Below, one piece after another: positions 55,422 to 64,000 of a stretch of DNA of 64,000 nucleotides. The notes under the pieces are model-generated. The model did not search any database and was not told the DNA's origin. It was given only the letters and a program-made list of their open reading frames with translations. Position 1 is the first letter of the stretch. The number at the start of each line of letters is the position of its first letter. The stretch is from an uncultured Mageeibacillus sp. Lineage in GTDB: Bacteria > Bacillota > Clostridia > Saccharofermentanales > DTU023. Where the stretch lies: NCBI GenBank assembly GCA_964606165.1, contig CAZSFQ010000008.1:719-64718 (forward strand), read 5' to 3'. A program made the translations under genes and the position numbers.

Positions 55422-55986
55422 GAGTCACCTCCTTTGCCCTGACTGTCAAATCCGGTCCCCCCTCTCCGGTCTGCCTCTTCAAAAAGCCTAGCCAGAAATA
55501 GCCGCTTATCAGCAAAGCTCCCCCCACATTGACCAGCAGCTGCAATGGTATCGATGCAAAGGCGATCCTTATGACGGTGCCAAAAGTTGAAATAATCTGA
55601 TCAAGGGGAACCAGCCAGGCAAAAACCGCCAGGGTCAAGGTATGGACGACCGTTGCGCCTGCGACCAGGAGACTGGCCCGGATGGCATAGTTTTTCCAGC
55701 CGTCGCGCGCCAGGGCATTTCCGCAAAGGCAAAGGATCATTACCACCAGCATACCCAGTCCGTACCCTCTCCCGGCTGCATAGTCACGGATAAAACCCGC
55801 GGCCAGGCCCAGGATAAAACCGTCATAACCGGGTGTCCACAAAGCCGCCAGCAGCGGAAATAATAAAAGGAAGTCCGGCGTGGGAAAAGCTCTTTCCAAA
55901 GACAGCATGAGCTGCAGGAGGGCGAGGAAGATAAAGGCGGGACCGTAGACTGCCAGCCGTCTTCCAAGGCTGGCTTCACGATTCAT
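55414..55986 (-). CDS. mreD: rod shape-determining protein MreD
   Basis: About 190 aa, all TM helices, lying between mreC and pbp2. Confidence 0.75.
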   Translation of the reverse strand: MNREASLGRRLAVYGPAFIFLALLQLMLSLERAFPTPDFLLLFPLLAALWTPGYDGFILGLAAGFIRDYAAGRGYGLGMLVVMILCLCGNALARDGWKNYAIRASLLVAGATVVHTLTLAVFAWLVPLDQIISTFGTVIRIAFASIPLQLLVNVGGALLISGYFWLGFLKRQTGEGGPDLTVRAKEVTHE

Positions 55987-56827
55987 GGTCAGGCTCCGAC
56001 AAGACAAAGACGTAACGGAGATGGTCGAAATCAGCAGCAGGCGCCACCAGGCAGGACATTGTCTTACCGCTCGCGTCAGGGATGGTTTCCGTCACAGTTC
56101 CAATCAGGATCCCCTCGGGATATATGCCGCTGTCGCCAGAAGTGACCAGCCGGTCCCCCACACGGACAGGAATTCCCTCCGCGATATTGTCGGCCAGGCA
56201 CAAACCCTGCTGCTGCAGCTCCAGATCACCGCGCACCCGGAAAGAAGACCGGTAGCTGCCTTCTACCTGCGCGCTGACGGCAAAAGCCTCATGGAGAAGC
56301 GGCAGGACTTTGCTCGATCCCAGTTCGGAAGAATGAACGCGCCCGATCAGGGCCATGTTCTGATCGACGACGGGCAAGGTCAGGTTTCCCGCAGACGAGA
56401 CACCGTGCAGGCGCCCCGCCTTGATCCGCAACAAGTCAAAGGCCTGGCCCAGATCACGGTTGATAACCGCAGCCCCATGAATCTCCTTGTCTTCAAAGAC
56501 AGTTGTCAGCTTCAGCGCCTCTTTCAACTCGTCGTAGGCGCGCATTTTATTGAGGTTCTGAAGGATCTGCAAGTTGAGATTGGCTTTTTCTTCCTCCAGT
56601 TTCTCAATCTGGAGGAGCAGTCTTCTGTTTTCACTGACGGCACCGAAATAGCCCCGTATCACTGAAATCCCCTGCTGAAATCCGGACGCGAGAGGATCGA
56701 AAAGCCCGCCGAAATAATCGCCGATCCGGGAGCGGGTCGTTCCCGGAAGCGCTGTCAGTATGAAGGCCGCCAGAAGAGCGACCGTAACAAGAACGATAAG
56801 CATGACCCTGGGGCCGCGTCGTTTCAC
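55976..56827 (-). CDS. mreC: cell shape-determining protein MreC
   Basis: N-terminal TM helix, a coiled coil (LLLQIEKLEEEKANLNLQ), and beta-rich domains (GLIGRV..., GDRLVTSGDSGIYPEGILIG). GTG start follows AAAGGAG. Confidence 0.88.
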   Translation of the reverse strand: MKRRGPRVMLIVLVTVALLAAFILTALPGTTRSRIGDYFGGLFDPLASGFQQGISVIRGYFGAVSENRRLLLQIEKLEEEKANLNLQILQNLNKMRAYDELKEALKLTTVFEDKEIHGAAVINRDLGQAFDLLRIKAGRLHGVSSAGNLTLPVVDQNMALIGRVHSSELGSSKVLPLLHEAFAVSAQVEGSYRSSFRVRGDLELQQQGLCLADNIAEGIPVRVGDRLVTSGDSGIYPEGILIGTVTETIPDASGKTMSCLVAPAADFDHLRYVFVLSEPDHES

Positions 56828-56909
56828 AGGCTGGCGCTCCTTTCACAATGGGCCCCTCCGGGGCACCCGATGACGGAATCAGTTTAGCATAATCTGTTGC
56901 GGGCTCCAG

Positions 56910-57581
56910 CTAGCAAAGCCCCAATCTGCTAAAACTGGATGATGATTCTGCCCCGACTATGACATGGTCAAGTACGGGAATTCCCATCATTTTCCCCAGT
57001 TCAGTAAACTTCCTGGTTGATTCGATATCAGCCTGTGACGGTGATGAGTCACCGCTCGGGTGGTTGTGAACAAGGACAATGGAGGCCGCGTTTGCCTTGA
57101 CCGCTTCGCGGAAAATATCGCGCGGATGGATGACAGCCGCCGCGAGCCCCCCTTGTGAGATCCGGACCGTCTTGATGATCCGGTTGCGGGTGTCAAGCAG
57201 GAGGACGTGAAACTCTTCCCTGGGCAGATAGCGCATGGTCGCCTCCACATGCCGGATCACATCGTCCGGGCCCTGGGCCTGCACCCTGACCTCCGACCGG
57301 CGGTCCGCGGCCACGCGCTGGCCGAGCTCGACGGCCGCAAGCACCCGGACCGCCTTGACCCGTCCGATGCCTGGTATCTCCTGGAGCTCCTGAGGGCTCA
57401 TATCAAGCAGGCCTTTCAACCCTTCACTTTTCACAAGTATCTTCTGGGCAATCTGAAGAGCGGTCTCCCCGCTCCGTCCCGATGTCAGGATGATGGCCAG
57501 CAATTCGGCGTGGCCAAGCGTTCCGACACCCTTTCCTTCTGCCTTTTCGTAAGGCCTCTCGGATGAGGGCAATTCCTTCAT
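56910..57581 (-). CDS. radC: RadC-family JAB/MPN domain protein (UPF0758)
   Basis: MKELPSSERPYEK, HhH GIGRVKAVRVLA, and the JAMM motif HNHPSGDSSPSQAD. The start could also be ATG 57638. Confidence 0.9.
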   Translation of the reverse strand: MKELPSSERPYEKAEGKGVGTLGHAELLAIILTSGRSGETALQIAQKILVKSEGLKGLLDMSPQELQEIPGIGRVKAVRVLAAVELGQRVAADRRSEVRVQAQGPDDVIRHVEATMRYLPREEFHVLLLDTRNRIIKTVRISQGGLAAAVIHPRDIFREAVKANAASIVLVHNHPSGDSSPSQADIESTRKFTELGKMMGIPVLDHVIVGAESSSSFSRLGLC

Positions 57582-57740
57582 GGTCAGGGAGGCGGTTTCA
57601 AGATTTTTCCCCCTGTTTCTTCCTTGTTTCTCCTGCATTCCTCTTCAACCTTTCTTCGATTTACACGGCGAAACAAGGCCTGAGAACCAGGTCGGGCTTG
57701 GCAGTAAAAAAGATCAGAAATTTGAAAGACAGGCTGCTTG

Positions 57741-58784
57741 TCAAGCGATTTCGCAAGCTCTTATGACCAGGATCGCCAGGGCTTGCCCGCTGTCGATTTT
57801 TCCTGTTTTTACAGCAATATCTGCCTGAAAGCAGTTTTCCATCATGGATTCCAGACCCTCCACGGTGAAGCGTTTCGCCTGCCTCGCAAGCTTGCGGGCG
57901 AAAAACTGGCTTTGGGTGATACCGCTTTCAATGATCCGGTCACTTGTTACGCATTCGCTGGCAATCAGCAAATCACGCGACTGACGTGCCAGCATGGTCT
58001 GGATAAACAAGGGCGCTTCCCTGCGGGCCAGCAGTACATCGAGCCGCTCCAGCGCCTCATCAATTTTGCCGGTCGCGATCGCGTCGGTCAGGTCAAATAT
58101 TTTACCCGTCAGGTCATCGCTGCACAGGTAATCGATGTCAGCCAGGGTAATGTCGGTCCGGCCTGTGTATCGAAAATACAAAAAGACGGTTGTCAGTTCA
58201 CTGAAGATCGCGGCCATGGAATGATCACAGCGTCTGATCAGGGAGTCGGCGGCTTCCCTGGTGATACGAAGTTTTTCGCGGCTGCACAAGGCGGAGATCC
58301 AGGTCAGCAGGTCGGAGGGTGTCTGCCGGTCGAACCTGGCCGACAATGCCCCCTGCTTTCTCATCCTGCGGAGCAGGGCATGGGAGGAATTTGCCGACGC
58401 CTCCGTAAAGATCAGATGGCAGTTATCCGGAGGATGGGCAAGCGCCTGGTCCAACTCATGGGGGATTCCTGATGAAGGCGTTGTGGAAAAGAAGCCGCTC
58501 TGATCGATCAGGATTACCTTGCGGGCCGAAAGAAATGGTGGCGTCGCCATCTCAGCCAGCAGACGGGCCGTGTCAATTGAAGACGGCTTTCCGTCGCCTG
58601 TCATCTTTACAAGATCCATGGCTTCCGCGCCCGGAGAAACAAGAGCCGCGACAATCCGGTCACGCACCTGCCGGACCAGAAACAACTCCTCACCCGTCAG
58701 GATATAGGCGGGACGGTCAACTGACCTTTCCAGGTCCCTGCCTGTTTCACGGTAATTCATCCATTTGTCAGCGACCGGCATCAT
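57741..58784 (-). CDS. holA: DNA polymerase III delta subunit
   Basis: PAYILTGEELFLVRQVRDRI. It lies downstream of and overlapping comEC, as in Firmicutes comEC-holA. Confidence 0.85.
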   Translation of the reverse strand: MMPVADKWMNYRETGRDLERSVDRPAYILTGEELFLVRQVRDRIVAALVSPGAEAMDLVKMTGDGKPSSIDTARLLAEMATPPFLSARKVILIDQSGFFSTTPSSGIPHELDQALAHPPDNCHLIFTEASANSSHALLRRMRKQGALSARFDRQTPSDLLTWISALCSREKLRITREAADSLIRRCDHSMAAIFSELTTVFLYFRYTGRTDITLADIDYLCSDDLTGKIFDLTDAIATGKIDEALERLDVLLARREAPLFIQTMLARQSRDLLIASECVTSDRIIESGITQSQFFARKLARQAKRFTVEGLESMMENCFQADIAVKTGKIDSGQALAILVIRACEIA

Positions 58785-61026
58785 GCTCCCCTGCTCCCCT
58801 TACAGTCTGCTTCCGACTCGTCAGCCACGATGTTATCCTACCCTTTCCCCGGTGGATCTTCAAGAAAACAGCCCCGCACTCATCCGTCCGGAATACTTCG
58901 ACGGCCTGCTCGAGCAGCCTGTCCAATACATGGGGATGGGGGTGTCCGTAGCGGTTGTTGCGGCCCGCGGAGATCAGGGCGGTTCCCGGGTCTGCTGCCT
59001 CCAGGAAAAGGGCCGAACTTGAGTGCCTGGAACCGTGATGGGCGACATGCAGGAAATCCGCACTGCAATCAATTTTGGACCGGAGGATAACCCCTTCTCC
59101 TTCCTCGGTCAGATCCCCTGTCATGAGAAGAGACAGCCCATCCAGGGTCACACGCATGACCAGCGACGCCTCGTTCAAATCGACCCGGCCGCTCCTTGTG
59201 TCCGGGTGCAATACTTCTATCAGGCAGCCGCCAAGCCGGACGGCGTCACCTGTCCGCAGTCGCGTAACCGGTACCTGCGATTTTTCTGACAATTCAAGCA
59301 GAAAGTTTGTCATGTCCTCCTCATGCTGTGAGCCCTGATGATTGTCCGCATCAACCGCGGGTAGACAAAGATGCCCGATGAAACCGGCATCAATCAATTC
59401 CGCGATTCCGGCCGCATGATCACTATGGGCATGTGTGACGATGGCGAGATCGATGTGGCTGAGCGCCTGCGTCCTTGCCGCAGGGATGACCGTATTGTAA
59501 CCGCTTTTTTTATCGCCGCCGTCGATCAAAAGCGCCTGACGGCCCTCCGTGATAAACAAAGTCGCGTCGCCCTGGCCTACATCAAGGAAAATAACCGTGG
59601 CTTCCCTGGGCGAAAAGGCAAGAAGGCGGACAGCGGCAAGCCAGACCAGGGAAGCGATGACAAAAGCCGACAATGACAGGAAACTCTTTTTTCTTTTCGG
59701 AAGATACCAGGCAAAAAAGGCAAAAAGAGGTAAGAGGAGCAAACACCAGCGCAAGGGAATAAAAGCATGGTGTGTCTTGGCGACCATCTCCGACATCCAC
59801 ATGAGCAGATCAGCGGCGGGAGTCAGAAGAAAGGTGAAGAAACGGACAGTGAGATTGAAAACGGCCGAAGACCGGGGCAGCAGGGACAAGATGAAAATGG
59901 CGGGATAAGTGGCAGCCATCAGCCAGGCAGCCAGGGGCAGGGCAGCCATGTTCAAAAAGGGCGCCAGGAGGTGTATGCCCGGCGCTGTCATGATTTGGTA
60001 GGGCAGGATTACCAGCTGGGCTGCTGCGGAAAAAGCCAGGGCGGTCAGCGCCTTTGAGCGGATCCTTGTATCCGGCCGCCTGGCAAGGCTTTTCGCCGTA
60101 TAGGAAACAGCGCCGGCCGCTGACAGACTCATCCAGAAAGAGCTGTCAAAAAGCGCGTAGGGGTTGAAGGTAAGCATAATGGAGCCGGCAAAGAAAAGAA
60201 GATTGAAGACATCGCGGCGCCGCCTGGCGGCCAGGTCCAGCCTTGACGCGAAAAGGGTCAGTGACGCCCGGCTGATGCCGCATTTCCAACCACTCAGAAC
60301 GCCTGGCAGCAGGATCAAGGGAAAGGTGAGCCATTGCCTGGCCCGATGAGGGAGCCGCGTCTTCCGTGTTATCCACAATACCGGGCTGAGAAGAAAGATC
60401 AGATGGGTTCCCGACACACTGGTCAGGTGTGAGAGGCCGGATGAACGCAGAAAAAATGTCTGCCTGTCATCGAGCAAGCGCGTATCCCCGACAGCGAGCG
60501 ACAGAAGCAGGGAACCGCAGCCTGTCTCCCACAGGGGGAAAAGTTGCTGACGGACATGATCGCGGACCCGGTCAGGCAGCCTTCGCAGCCACAGGAGAAC
60601 CCCCTGGCGGGGGACAAGACGGTATATGCCTGTACGGCCAATCCACACAGCCCCTTTGGACCATAACCAGTTGCGTTCCGAGAAACCGCCGGGGTTGCGC
60701 GTGCCCTCCGCGCACTCAAAGAGGGCCCTGCCCTCGATCCGGTCACCCCAGCGTGCCGGAAGATCTGTGTGAATAAGGACGGGCGTCCCATCGGAAAGGC
60801 GGATCTTTTGTGCCCGCATGCCTTGCGGATCGCCGGGCAGTGCCTTACCGGCTTCCACAACCAGGCCCGAAAAGTCAGTGCTTCCCGCCGGAACCCTGCC
60901 TTCCCATCGCGTGATTTTCAAATAACTTGTCAGAAGTGAAAAAGAGACAAGCAGGACAAAACAGACCGCTCCCGGCTGCAGCACGGTGATCTCTCTGATC
61001 TCCCACCTTCTCAACCATTCAGCCAT
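58768..61026 (-). CDS. comEC: DNA internalisation competence protein ComEC/Rec2 (competence TM domain + MBL domain)
   Basis: A polytopic central region is followed by the C-terminal MBL domain FLDVGQGDA...THAHSDHAAG...HHGS. Confidence 0.9.
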   Translation of the reverse strand: MAEWLRRWEIREITVLQPGAVCFVLLVSFSLLTSYLKITRWEGRVPAGSTDFSGLVVEAGKALPGDPQGMRAQKIRLSDGTPVLIHTDLPARWGDRIEGRALFECAEGTRNPGGFSERNWLWSKGAVWIGRTGIYRLVPRQGVLLWLRRLPDRVRDHVRQQLFPLWETGCGSLLLSLAVGDTRLLDDRQTFFLRSSGLSHLTSVSGTHLIFLLSPVLWITRKTRLPHRARQWLTFPLILLPGVLSGWKCGISRASLTLFASRLDLAARRRRDVFNLLFFAGSIMLTFNPYALFDSSFWMSLSAAGAVSYTAKSLARRPDTRIRSKALTALAFSAAAQLVILPYQIMTAPGIHLLAPFLNMAALPLAAWLMAATYPAIFILSLLPRSSAVFNLTVRFFTFLLTPAADLLMWMSEMVAKTHHAFIPLRWCLLLLPLFAFFAWYLPKRKKSFLSLSAFVIASLVWLAAVRLLAFSPREATVIFLDVGQGDATLFITEGRQALLIDGGDKKSGYNTVIPAARTQALSHIDLAIVTHAHSDHAAGIAELIDAGFIGHLCLPAVDADNHQGSQHEEDMTNFLLELSEKSQVPVTRLRTGDAVRLGGCLIEVLHPDTRSGRVDLNEASLVMRVTLDGLSLLMTGDLTEEGEGVILRSKIDCSADFLHVAHHGSRHSSSALFLEAADPGTALISAGRNNRYGHPHPHVLDRLLEQAVEVFRTDECGAVFLKIHRGKGRITSWLTSRKQTVRGAGEHDAGR

Positions 61027-61093
61027 GGCTGAATTATGGGGGCATAAAGGGGCCTATCCAGGCTTCTTTTGCCCTTTGCCCATCTGCCCTGCG

Positions 61094-61741
61094 TCAAATC
61101 GACGCGAACGCGCCGTCAGTCAGTTCCGTAATCCGTTCTTCCAGCAGCTTCATACGCTGGTCTCTGGGACTCAATCCGGCTGAAACGGAAAGGGGCGTCA
61201 GGACCGGCCTGCCGTCGCGGGCGTACCGCCGGATCACCGACAGGGCCTCCTGCTCCGCTTTGGCAACCTGCTGTCTTGAAAGTTTGTCGGCCTTGGTAAG
61301 GATAACCTGCCAGTCGATGTCGTAGTGATTCAGGTATTCCAGCATTTGAAAGTCTGCCTCCCCGAAACCCCGCCGGATGTCGAGCAGCACCAGCACGAGG
61401 GCGACCGGCCTTTCCGATTCAAAGTACTGATCCGTCACTTGGGAAAAGGCCTCTTTCTCCCCTTGTGATGTCCTGGCATAGCCGTAACCCGGCAGGTCAA
61501 CAAAATAGAAGTCAGGTGAGACATCGTAAAAAAACACCAGCCGGGTCTTCCCTGGCGTCTTGCTGGTTCTTGCCAGATTCTTTCGCTTGCTGAGTGCGTT
61601 GACCAGGGTGGATTTTCCCACATTGGACCGGCCGACAAAAACGATTTCCCGCCTGGCGGGCTTTGGAAATTGCTCGTACGAGGCTGCCGCCACATAGGCG
61701 ATGCCGGCTGTTTCACTTCTTCTTTTTTTTGCCTTGGCCAT
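61094..61741 (-). CDS. engB: ribosome biogenesis GTP-binding protein YsxC/EngB
   Basis: EIVFVGRSNVGKSTLVNAL, VDLPGYGYA and LTKADKL. Confidence 0.93.
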   Translation of the reverse strand: MAKAKKRRSETAGIAYVAAASYEQFPKPARREIVFVGRSNVGKSTLVNALSKRKNLARTSKTPGKTRLVFFYDVSPDFYFVDLPGYGYARTSQGEKEAFSQVTDQYFESERPVALVLVLLDIRRGFGEADFQMLEYLNHYDIDWQVILTKADKLSRQQVAKAEQEALSVIRRYARDGRPVLTPLSVSAGLSPRDQRMKLLEERITELTDGAFASI

Positions 61742-61790
61742 CTACGCCACCCCCTTCATCTGCTATACTTGTGTCACCGGAGGATCCTGT

Positions 61791-63068
61791 ATGTCTAATC
61801 ATGCTTTTCCGGCCGATCAATCCGTTAAAAACCTTTTCGGAGATGAACCTGTCCTTGACTCAAACGGACCCATCGGCCTGATAACGGAGCAGCTTGACCC
61901 CGCGCTTGCGGAACGCATCAACCACCAACTCGGCTTAAGACGGCAGGAGGCTGCCAAACTGAACCCCGGCTTACTCGATATTCCCGGTTACGTCCGGGGG
62001 GAGTACCGGATAAAAGTCGATCTCTCCCGGTTCAGCTCCGGCGAGGGCAAGGCGCAAATCATCGATTCGATCCGGGGGCACGATCTTTTCATCCTGACCG
62101 ATGTCCTTAACTACGGCGCCTATTATAGTCGATACGGCGTCGATGTGTCGATGGCACCTGACGAGCACTTCCTTGACCTTGTCCGCCTTATCCTCTCCTC
62201 GCGTGACTCGGCCGCCCGCATTCACGTGATCATGCCCTTCCTTTTTGAAGGGAGACGGTTTCGAAGGTCTACCAGGGAATCGCTTGATTGCGGTGCCATG
62301 CTTCGTTACCTTTTCAGCCTGGGCATTGATAACTTCATCACCTTTGACGCGCACGATTCCCGTGTTGCCAACGCGGTCCCCAACTCGAATTTTGAGTCTT
62401 TTCCCACCTCCTACCAGAGCATCAGAACCATTCTTGAAACAATACCGGGTCTGAAGATCGATGGTGATTCTCTCATGATCGTGAGTCCCAATGAAGTCAG
62501 CATCAACCGCTGCATTTTCTTCGCGTCGGCCATGAAAGTGCCCCTGGGCATCTTCTACATGCGGCGGGACTTCCAGTACGTGGGCGATGAGCTTCGCCAG
62601 GTGACGACCAGGACCTACCTTGGCGACTCGGTTGAGGGAAAAGATATCATCATCGTGGCCGACATGCTTGACAGCGGCAGGGACCTGGTTGCCAGCGCCA
62701 GCGAGCTGAAATCGCGCGGCGCCAACCGCATCATCTGCTCCGTCTCCTACACCCAGTTTACTGAGGGGATTGACAACATCAGGCAGGCATGGGAAAGCGG
62801 AATCATCGAACGGGTCTTTTCCACCGATATGTCCTACAGGCCACCGGAAGTCCTGTCATCACCCTGGTATACCGACATCCCCATGGCAGACGACCTGGCC
62901 CTGCTCATCTCTGCCTTGAACCACGACGCCTCCCTGTCCAGACTCCTGGCCCCTGCTGCCCGCATCGACGCCCTGCTCAAACAAGGGGGGTATCGCTCCT
63001 TGCGGGAGGATGGGGCCGATGACATTGAGGACAGGCAGCTTTCTTTTTCGGATTTTGCCGGACGCTAA
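61791..63068 (+). CDS. extended ribose-phosphate pyrophosphokinase (PRPP synthetase)-like protein, paralogue 1 (motifs partly degenerate)
   Basis: SRFSSGEGKAQIIDSIRGHDLFIL, ...IMPFLFEGRRFRR, ITFDAHDSRVAN and IIVADMLDSGRD. ATG 61791 is preceded by GGAGG. At about 425 aa it is longer than a typical bacterial Prs. Confidence 0.75.
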   Translation: MSNHAFPADQSVKNLFGDEPVLDSNGPIGLITEQLDPALAERINHQLGLRRQEAAKLNPGLLDIPGYVRGEYRIKVDLSRFSSGEGKAQIIDSIRGHDLFILTDVLNYGAYYSRYGVDVSMAPDEHFLDLVRLILSSRDSAARIHVIMPFLFEGRRFRRSTRESLDCGAMLRYLFSLGIDNFITFDAHDSRVANAVPNSNFESFPTSYQSIRTILETIPGLKIDGDSLMIVSPNEVSINRCIFFASAMKVPLGIFYMRRDFQYVGDELRQVTTRTYLGDSVEGKDIIIVADMLDSGRDLVASASELKSRGANRIICSVSYTQFTEGIDNIRQAWESGIIERVFSTDMSYRPPEVLSSPWYTDIPMADDLALLISALNHDASLSRLLAPAARIDALLKQGGYRSLREDGADDIEDRQLSFSDFAGR

Positions 63069-63085
63069 GGACTTGGAGAAATAAA

Positions 63086-64000
63086 ATGACAGCTGAAGAA
63101 TTCCAAAAAGCCTTCCAACGAAGTGACGCGAATTATTACACCTATGATCAGTACGGCAACAATCCGATGACGCCCATTGCGCCTGTCGCCCTGATTGCCC
63201 TGAAGGGAGCGGTCAACTTCTCTTTGGAAGTTAACAATGCCTTGATCTCCCGGCGAAAAGACTATCTGTCGGGAGCCTCGCCCGGGAAAATCGCCGCAGG
63301 CTTCATGCGCGACGATTTTCATGTACCGGTCAATACCTTCCGCTTCTCCTCCGGAGAGGGCAAGGCGGTTATTGAGAGCACTGTCAGGGGGCATGATCTC
63401 TACATCCTCTGTGATGTGACCAATTACTCGGTCACATACAAGATGCGCGGTTCCTATAACAGGATGAGTCCCGACGACCATTACCAGGATCTCAAGCGCG
63501 TCATTCTGGCAGCGTCAGGCAAGGCGCGCCGGATCAATGTCATCATGCCTTATCTCTATGAAGGCCGTCAGCATCGGAGAAATGCGCGTGAATCGCTCGA
63601 CTGTGCCCATATGCTGATTGAGCTTGACCAGCTCGGCGTTGACAACTTCATCACCTTCGACGCCCATGACGACCGCGTCGCCAACGCCACACCCACCTCG
63701 GGCTTTGAAAATGTTCCCACAACCTACCAGGTCCTGGAAACCATGATCAGATCCTTCCCCGAGCTACGTTTCATTCATGATGAGATGATGATGATCAGCC
63801 CGGATGAGGGCGCCATCTACCGGGCCATGTATTACGCATCCGTCCTGGGCATACCGCTTGGGACCTTCTATAAACGGCGCGACTACACAGTCATAAAAAA
63901 TGGGCGCAACCCCATCATCGCCCACGAATTCCTGGGCCAGCCCGTTGACGGACGTGATGTGATCATCGTCGACGATATGATCTCCTCGGGAGAGTCCATG
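63086..64000 (+). CDS. extended ribose-phosphate pyrophosphokinase-like protein, paralogue 2 (3' end beyond window)
   Basis: My own translation from ATG 63086 (RBS GGAGAA) gives MTAEEFQKAF...FRFSSGEGKAVIESTVRGHDLYIL...IMPYLYEGRQHRRNARESLDC...ITFDAHDDRVAN...IIVDDMISSGES. The frame is open to base 64000. It is not in the ORF track. Confidence 0.8.
   Translation, partial: MTAEEFQKAFQRSDANYYTYDQYGNNPMTPIAPVALIALKGAVNFSLEVNNALISRRKDYLSGASPGKIAAGFMRDDFHVPVNTFRFSSGEGKAVIESTVRGHDLYILCDVTNYSVTYKMRGSYNRMSPDDHYQDLKRVILAASGKARRINVIMPYLYEGRQHRRNARESLDCAHMLIELDQLGVDNFITFDAHDDRVANATPTSGFENVPTTYQVLETMIRSFPELRFIHDEMMMISPDEGAIYRAMYYASVLGIPLGTFYKRRDYTVIKNGRNPIIAHEFLGQPVDGRDVIIVDDMISSGESM

Noticed and set aside
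56828-56909. A possible remnant of a deleted mreB in the radC-mreC gap.
   Set aside because: The gap is only 82 nt, has no coding potential and has no similarity to the actin-fold motifs that I can recognise.
61720-61735. A homopolymeric A/T run near the engB 5' end, considered as a slippage or phase-variation tract.
   Set aside because: It encodes the Lys-rich N-terminus (AKAKKRRSE) of an essential GTPase. The frame is intact and the tract is short.

Overview
This looks like a core-chromosome segment of a moderately GC-rich Bacillota (Clostridia-like) genome. That call rests on gene content and Firmicutes-type synteny: rbgA-rnhB, then rplS, trmD-rimM-KH-rpsP-ffh-ylxM-ftsY-smc-rnc-acpP, pgsA-rimO-recX-recA, cinA, ftsK, pnp-rpsO, infC-rpmI-rplT, secA, mreCD-pbp2, and radC-holA-comEC. 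I call about 61 protein genes, and all but four are on the minus strand. I also call four tRNAs read directly from the sequence: Pro-GGG, Trp-CCA, Lys-CTT and Thr-CGT. Several promoters, terminators and leaders could also be read by eye. I saw no CRISPR array, transposase, integrase, phage genes or recognisable defence genes. Most of the window is housekeeping. The parts worth a second look are: (1) a translationally coupled trio of TadE/TadG-like membrane proteins next to secA with no pilus machinery nearby; (2) a roughly 765-780 aa coiled-coil protein with a central transmembrane hairpin, laid out like a Rad50/SbcC/YhaN ATPase but apparently lacking the nucleotide-binding motifs; (3) an RNase HII-YraN gene fusion; (4) two tandem, extended and divergent PRPP-synthetase paralogues, one with degenerate catalytic motifs; (5) a lipoprotein-MBOAT-DHHW acyltransferase module inserted between trmD and rplS; (6) an Arg/Gly-rich tail on PNPase; (7) an mreCD-pbp2 cluster without mreB, rodA or minCDE, followed by a degenerate methylglyoxal-synthase-like gene; (8) a near-consensus promoter abutting the ylxM ATG; and (9) an L20-leader-type attenuator with a non-ATG infC start. 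Every functional call comes from motif recognition by eye. No database search was run.
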